DNA of 64,000 nucleotides. Source: an uncultured virus (IMG/VR IMGVR_UViG_3300042868_013692) (Duplodnaviria > Heunggongvirae > Uroviricota > Caudoviricetes). Positions 59,861 to 64,000 of the stretch are shown here, in pieces (the stretch's first letter is position 1; every line of letters starts with the position of its first letter). Where the stretch lies: IMG/VR virus record IMGVR_UViG_3300042868_013692; one strand, written 5' to 3'. The notes under the pieces were generated by a model. The model was not told the origin of the DNA. It searched no databases and saw only the letters and a list, made by a program, of their open reading frames with translations. The position numbers were made by a program, and so were the translations under genes.

Positions 59861-59930
59861 GCCTGTGTGGATATATCGGCACACCAAATTTTTAGCGTGA
59901 TCGCAACATAAAAATATTTTTCAGAAACAC

Positions 59931-59959
59931 TTGACTTTTGTTGTTAGCCATAGTATTAT
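59931..59959 (+). promoter_or_regulatory. conserved phage promoter
   Basis: TTGACT-TTTGTTGTTAGCCATAG-TATTAT. Confidence 0.8.
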
Positions 59960-59991
59960 ATTTACAGAAACAAACACAGAAAGAGAGAAAT

Positions 59992-60216
59992 ATGGTAGGC
60001 AAAAAAATCACAAAAGTAACCCAAGAGAATTATGACACCGTGTGGGAAAAGCTAGAGGTTGGCGACATTATTACATGGAGCAAACAGTTTGCGTTCCATG
60101 ATATGAAATTCCACTGTAGGAGAATTACGGACGACAAAAAAAGCTGTATGCAGACTGGCACAACAGGCAGTAAGTCGGCAGTAATATGTTTAGTAAAAGA
60201 GAAAAAAGCGGCTTAA
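59992..60216 (+). CDS. hypothetical protein
   Basis: ATG at 59992 behind the promoter. Confidence 0.7.
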   Translation: MVGKKITKVTQENYDTVWEKLEVGDIITWSKQFAFHDMKFHCRRITDDKKSCMQTGTTGSKSAVICLVKEKKAA

Positions 60217-60268
60217 CCTTTATGTAAAAGTCAAGCTGTATTTCACAAATTAATTTATAAAATACAGC

Positions 60269-60297
60269 TTGACTTTTATTGTTGTCCACAGTAATAT
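60269..60297 (+). promoter_or_regulatory. conserved phage promoter
   Basis: TTGACT-TTTATTGTTGTCCACAG-TAATAT. Confidence 0.8.
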
Positions 60298-60328
60298 AGA
60301 TGCAGTAGAAAAAAACAAAAAAACGAAA

Positions 60329-60607
60329 ATGAGTAAAACACAAATTACGCACGAAGATGCTACAACGGAATTGTTAAGGGGGAAACAAATAATAGTAAAA
60401 ATTCACGATGGTGAATTTAAATACAAATTTGTGACAGGCTCTAGCGACACTTCATACTTAGAGATAATTTCTCCCAATGGCAGCTTATTTAGTAAACGGG
60501 CTATCGAAAGGACTGATCTTCCTAAGAGAATGGAAGAAGCAAATTCTCTTCCTCACGTTACATTTTGGACAAAAGATATAGTTGTACAAGAAGCGGAGAA
60601 ATTATGA
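60329..60607 (+). CDS. hypothetical protein
   Basis: ATG at 60329 behind the promoter. Confidence 0.7.
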   Translation: MSKTQITHEDATTELLRGKQIIVKIHDGEFKYKFVTGSSDTSYLEIISPNGSLFSKRAIERTDLPKRMEEANSLPHVTFWTKDIVVQEAEKL

Positions 60608-60843
60608 AAAAAACAAGGCGACAATTAACGCCTCAAGAACATAGACTTAGGGAGTATGTATTGGTTTTAAAAGACTTGCAGACTTTAGTAAATATGGAGT
60701 TAGAAAATTTTTATGAAATTCCAACAACTAAAGACTTGTTGCCTCCATTAAAATCAGTTCCAGAAACTGCTCTAAGGTTAATAGTTGCATCGGAAAGATA
60801 TAGAGGGTTTCTGGAAGCGCAAGAAGGGAAAGAAAGTCTCTGA
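60604..60843 (+). CDS. hypothetical protein
   Basis: ATGA overlap with the upstream gene; GGAG RBS. Confidence 0.65.
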   Translation: MKKTRRQLTPQEHRLREYVLVLKDLQTLVNMELENFYEIPTTKDLLPPLKSVPETALRLIVASERYRGFLEAQEGKESL

Positions 60844-61090
60844 TTCTCTGTAATAATTTCGATAGCAGCATTAAAAAGCTGGCAAGCTGATTTAACAGTT
60901 TTTAACTGGTCAGCCTCACACACAATAATAATCCCACACGCAGGTATTTTAGATTGAATCCCCATAGACTCAAGTGCTTTAACTATCGCTAGAGCATTGG
61001 TGTATGAACCTGCGGAAATAAAAACAATTTACGTACATATATTTTAATGTAGTATAACGTTATTATAATAGCGTTATACTACATTAAAAT

Positions 61091-62662
61091 ATGAAAACAA
61101 TAACCCCTAACTTTGACCATTTTACGCAACTAAACAAGCTTCAGAAGAATTGTGATGTTTATATTAAAAATAATTATCAAACCGTAAAAGACCCGCAAAC
61201 AGAAGAGAAAAAGCTTCTTTATGAAAGTTCATTGTATGAGTTTTTTAAGGCATCTTGGCACGTAATTGAGCCAGGGAAAGACATATATTTAAATTGGCAT
61301 CAAGAGGCTATATGCGAATACTTAGAGTATTTTAACAAAGGGCATATTAATAAATTATTAATAAATATAGCACCAAGACACCTTAAAAGCATTATTGTTA
61401 CGATTAATTTTCCTGTTTGGGAATGGTTATCAGATCCCACGCTTAGATATTTGTGCTTGTCATACTCATCAAGATTGAGCGTGAAGCATAATTTGAAGCG
61501 CAGAACGATCATTAGATCAAACTGGTTTCAGAGTTTGTGGGGACATAAATTCGAGTTAAGTGGCGACAACAACCTTAAAACTGAATTTTCCAACAACTTC
61601 CAGGGTCAAATGTTTGCCTCATCGTTTGGAGGAACTGTTCTTGGGGAAGGGGGCGATCGCATTATTGTTGATGACCCTCATCACCCCGAAGAATTGGAAT
61701 CTGACAATGTGCGCGAAGGAACTGTCTCTGAGTTTGATGATGTCGTCGGAACGCGGCTTAATGACCCCAACAAAGGGGGAATTATAACGGTTATGCAAAG
61801 ATTACACGATAAAGATATTTCGGGGCATACGTTGGCAGAAATTGGGGGATACACCCACTTATGCTTGCCAACTATAGCCGAGGAAGACCAGCGGATTATA
61901 TTCCCAATGTCTGGCAGGTATGTTGACAGAAAAAAAGGAACTCTTTTACATGAGGAGCGTTTTGGTTGGTCAAAAGTCAAAGATGCTCAAAAAGTCCTTG
62001 GTTCTTACAAGTTCGCAGGTAGACATCAACAGCGACCAGTCCCTGCTTCCGGTGGTATTGTTTCGCCAGAATGGATTGTAAGGTACAAAAACTTACCGGC
62101 ATTAAAAAGAATTATACAAAGTTGGGACACAGCCCAAAAAGACAAAACAGAGAACGACAATTGGGCTTGCACAACCTGGGGTGAAAGCTATGATCGAGAC
62201 TATTATTTAATTCACAGTTTTATTGGAAAATTTGATTATGTGAAGGGCAAAAGAGCATTCTGTAGTTTGTACGATTCCTTCTTGCCGGATGTCATTTTGA
62301 TAGAAGATAAATCTACTGGCTCAAGCCTTATTCAAGAGGCAAGAAAACCTATAATTTTAGATGGTGGGGAAAAAATAATCAAAATTGATTCCTGGATAGT
62401 TGGCATAATTCCGAAACAAAACAAAGAAGTTAGAATGGAGGTCGAGGCTACAGCTTACGAGAACAAGCGTGTACATCATCCGTATGATTCTCCCTGGTTA
62501 GCAGAATACGAGAGGGATTTATTTAATTTTCCCAAGGGAGTAAAAGACAGTATTGATAGTACAAGTCAGTTTTTGGGCTGGGTTCGCCAAAATATCCGCG
62601 ATGGTGTTGCCAACGCAAGTTCAGAAAGCGAAACCGAGAACATTCTGCAAATGTTGAGATAA
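61091..62662 (+). CDS. terL: terminase large subunit
   Basis: NIAPRHLKS (Walker A), IIVDDP (Walker B), MQRLH, QSWDTA, IEDKSTG, DSIDSTSQ. Confidence 0.93.
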   Translation: MKTITPNFDHFTQLNKLQKNCDVYIKNNYQTVKDPQTEEKKLLYESSLYEFFKASWHVIEPGKDIYLNWHQEAICEYLEYFNKGHINKLLINIAPRHLKSIIVTINFPVWEWLSDPTLRYLCLSYSSRLSVKHNLKRRTIIRSNWFQSLWGHKFELSGDNNLKTEFSNNFQGQMFASSFGGTVLGEGGDRIIVDDPHHPEELESDNVREGTVSEFDDVVGTRLNDPNKGGIITVMQRLHDKDISGHTLAEIGGYTHLCLPTIAEEDQRIIFPMSGRYVDRKKGTLLHEERFGWSKVKDAQKVLGSYKFAGRHQQRPVPASGGIVSPEWIVRYKNLPALKRIIQSWDTAQKDKTENDNWACTTWGESYDRDYYLIHSFIGKFDYVKGKRAFCSLYDSFLPDVILIEDKSTGSSLIQEARKPIILDGGEKIIKIDSWIVGIIPKQNKEVRMEVEATAYENKRVHHPYDSPWLAEYERDLFNFPKGVKDSIDSTSQFLGWVRQNIRDGVANASSESETENILQMLR

Positions 62663-62726
62663 AAAATAATCGTGAATTAAATTTAATTCACGATTATTGT
62701 ATAATCAGCTATTTTATTGTAGATAA

Positions 62727-63164
62727 TTAATACAGAAAATGTATAGAGCATTGGATAACCTCAATGCCTAAAACACTTTTAACTTTCAAAATCTTGGTGA
62801 AACTAGAATTAGCATATCCATTAGCCTCATCACGCTGCACCTGTTGTTCCTTCACATTTAAAAGTTCTGCTAATTGTCCCTGAGTTAAACCACGAAAAAT
62901 CCGGGCTTTAATAAGTGCTTCTGGTAATTCTTCTAAAGACTTACATTCCAACCTATCTATTTTCCTTGATTTGAGGTTTTCATATTCCTCCACTTGTTCT
63001 AATAGTTCTTCTATTTCACCATTGAGTGAAGCTAAATATGATTGATGTCGTAACTTTTCATTTTCATTATCTTGTGGGGGATCTTTTTCCAAATTTTCTG
63101 TTGCTGATTGAAATTTTTTAATCTGAGATTTAGTAATCATGTATTGGCGTTCATTTAAGATCAT
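62727..63164 (-). CDS. XRE-family HTH protein, antitoxin-like (orphan)
   Basis: MILNERQY..TK...LIKARIFRGLTQGQLAELLNVKEQQVQRDEAN. Confidence 0.85.
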   Translation of the reverse strand: MILNERQYMITKSQIKKFQSATENLEKDPPQDNENEKLRHQSYLASLNGEIEELLEQVEEYENLKSRKIDRLECKSLEELPEALIKARIFRGLTQGQLAELLNVKEQQVQRDEANGYANSSFTKILKVKSVLGIEVIQCSIHFLY

Positions 63165-63427
63165 GGTTAGCGTCCTTAGTTAGTATTTGTTCTGTATAGA
63201 GATATCATGCTTTAACAATTACCATTGTTCAAGCGGAAGACTGTAATCTAGAGTTTCAAGCCCGTTATGCCAAGGAACTGTTTTAAAGTTTTGCAGAATA
63301 GCACTGATCTTTTCATTTCTTGTGAGTTCTTTGCTTTTTGGTGCTGACATATATTTTTGTTTTTGCTTGTGTTTTTTGCTTCTTTATATAGCATATACCA
63401 CTGGATAACAAAAGTCAACAAAATACT

Positions 63428-63868
63428 TTATGCACTGTTCTCGTTCATTGACAAATTTTTGATTGATTTTATGCAATTTTCAGCATAAGAAGAATCATAA
63501 AGTTTTCCTGCTGGTATTCTTACGACAACAAAGCCATTACGAGCAAACAAAGAGTTGCGTATAGCATCCTTAACTTTGTCTTGATGGTATGCAGCACCAT
63601 CAATTTCAACGACTATTTTTTTAGCACCAAAGATTAAAAAATCTGCCTCTCTGAACGCAAAAGATCCGTCACGTTGTTGAAGCTGCATTCTTACGTTTAC
63701 GCCAAATACAAAACCAGCGTCTCGCAGCATTTCGGCAAACTTTACCTCTGCGGGTGAACGGAATATAAAAAAGGAGGTTAGGTCATTCTTATCAAAGCCT
63801 CCTTGTTCTACAATTTGTTGTGATTTTAATTCGAGTGTTTCTCTGGTTTCGTGTATTGTGTTGTTCAT
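63428..63868 (-). CDS. DUF559/Vsr-like PD-(D/E)xK endonuclease
   Basis: RSPAE...EADFL...VEIDGAAYH...D..RN..F...GFVVVRI. Confidence 0.85.
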   Translation of the reverse strand: MNNTIHETRETLELKSQQIVEQGGFDKNDLTSFFIFRSPAEVKFAEMLRDAGFVFGVNVRMQLQQRDGSFAFREADFLIFGAKKIVVEIDGAAYHQDKVKDAIRNSLFARNGFVVVRIPAGKLYDSSYAENCIKSIKNLSMNENSA

Positions 63869-64000
63869 TTTGTTATTTGTTAAGATAACAATATCTTAAC
63901 ATAATTATTTAAAACTCATTACACTCAAAAACAGAATATTTTCTTTTGGTAGCTGAACTTTTCCCAATTATACCCAAGGGGTCGCAAATTTTCTTGAACA

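Overview
A 64-kb, AT-rich segment of a large tailed phage, most likely a temperate phage or phage-plasmid of a HIP1-rich cyanobacterium: GCGATCGC occurs at least 30 times by manual count, and several genes look cyanobacterial. Virion and packaging genes are scattered (terminase large subunit, gpV/gp5-like spike, gp25-like baseplate protein, tail-fibre-like proteins). DNA-metabolism genes include a CyRepA1-like primase/helicase replicase, Dda/RecD-like and SF2 helicases, RecJ, FtsK, HU, HolA/HolB, a Dam-like methyltransferase and a divergent minimal ribonucleotide reductase pair. Accessory genes include Nudix, macrodomain, ASCH, HNH, DUF559, a Pol-beta nucleotidyltransferase and three orphan antitoxin-like proteins. 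There are four canonical tRNAs and IS200/IS605 remnants. The most unusual signals are: (i) six dispersed copies of a promoter-bearing leader, most followed by ~157-bp tandem units, one of which has an inverted core; (ii) a stand-alone circularly permuted tRNA-like RNA with its own promoter and terminator; (iii) a tRNA-like RNA with an elongated anticodon arm beside the nucleotidyltransferase, in a foreign-looking island that ends in an intein-terminase fragment; (iv) an RNR alpha with NVCMG in place of the catalytic NxCxE motif. All protein calls come from recognising motifs by eye; no searches or folding programs were run.
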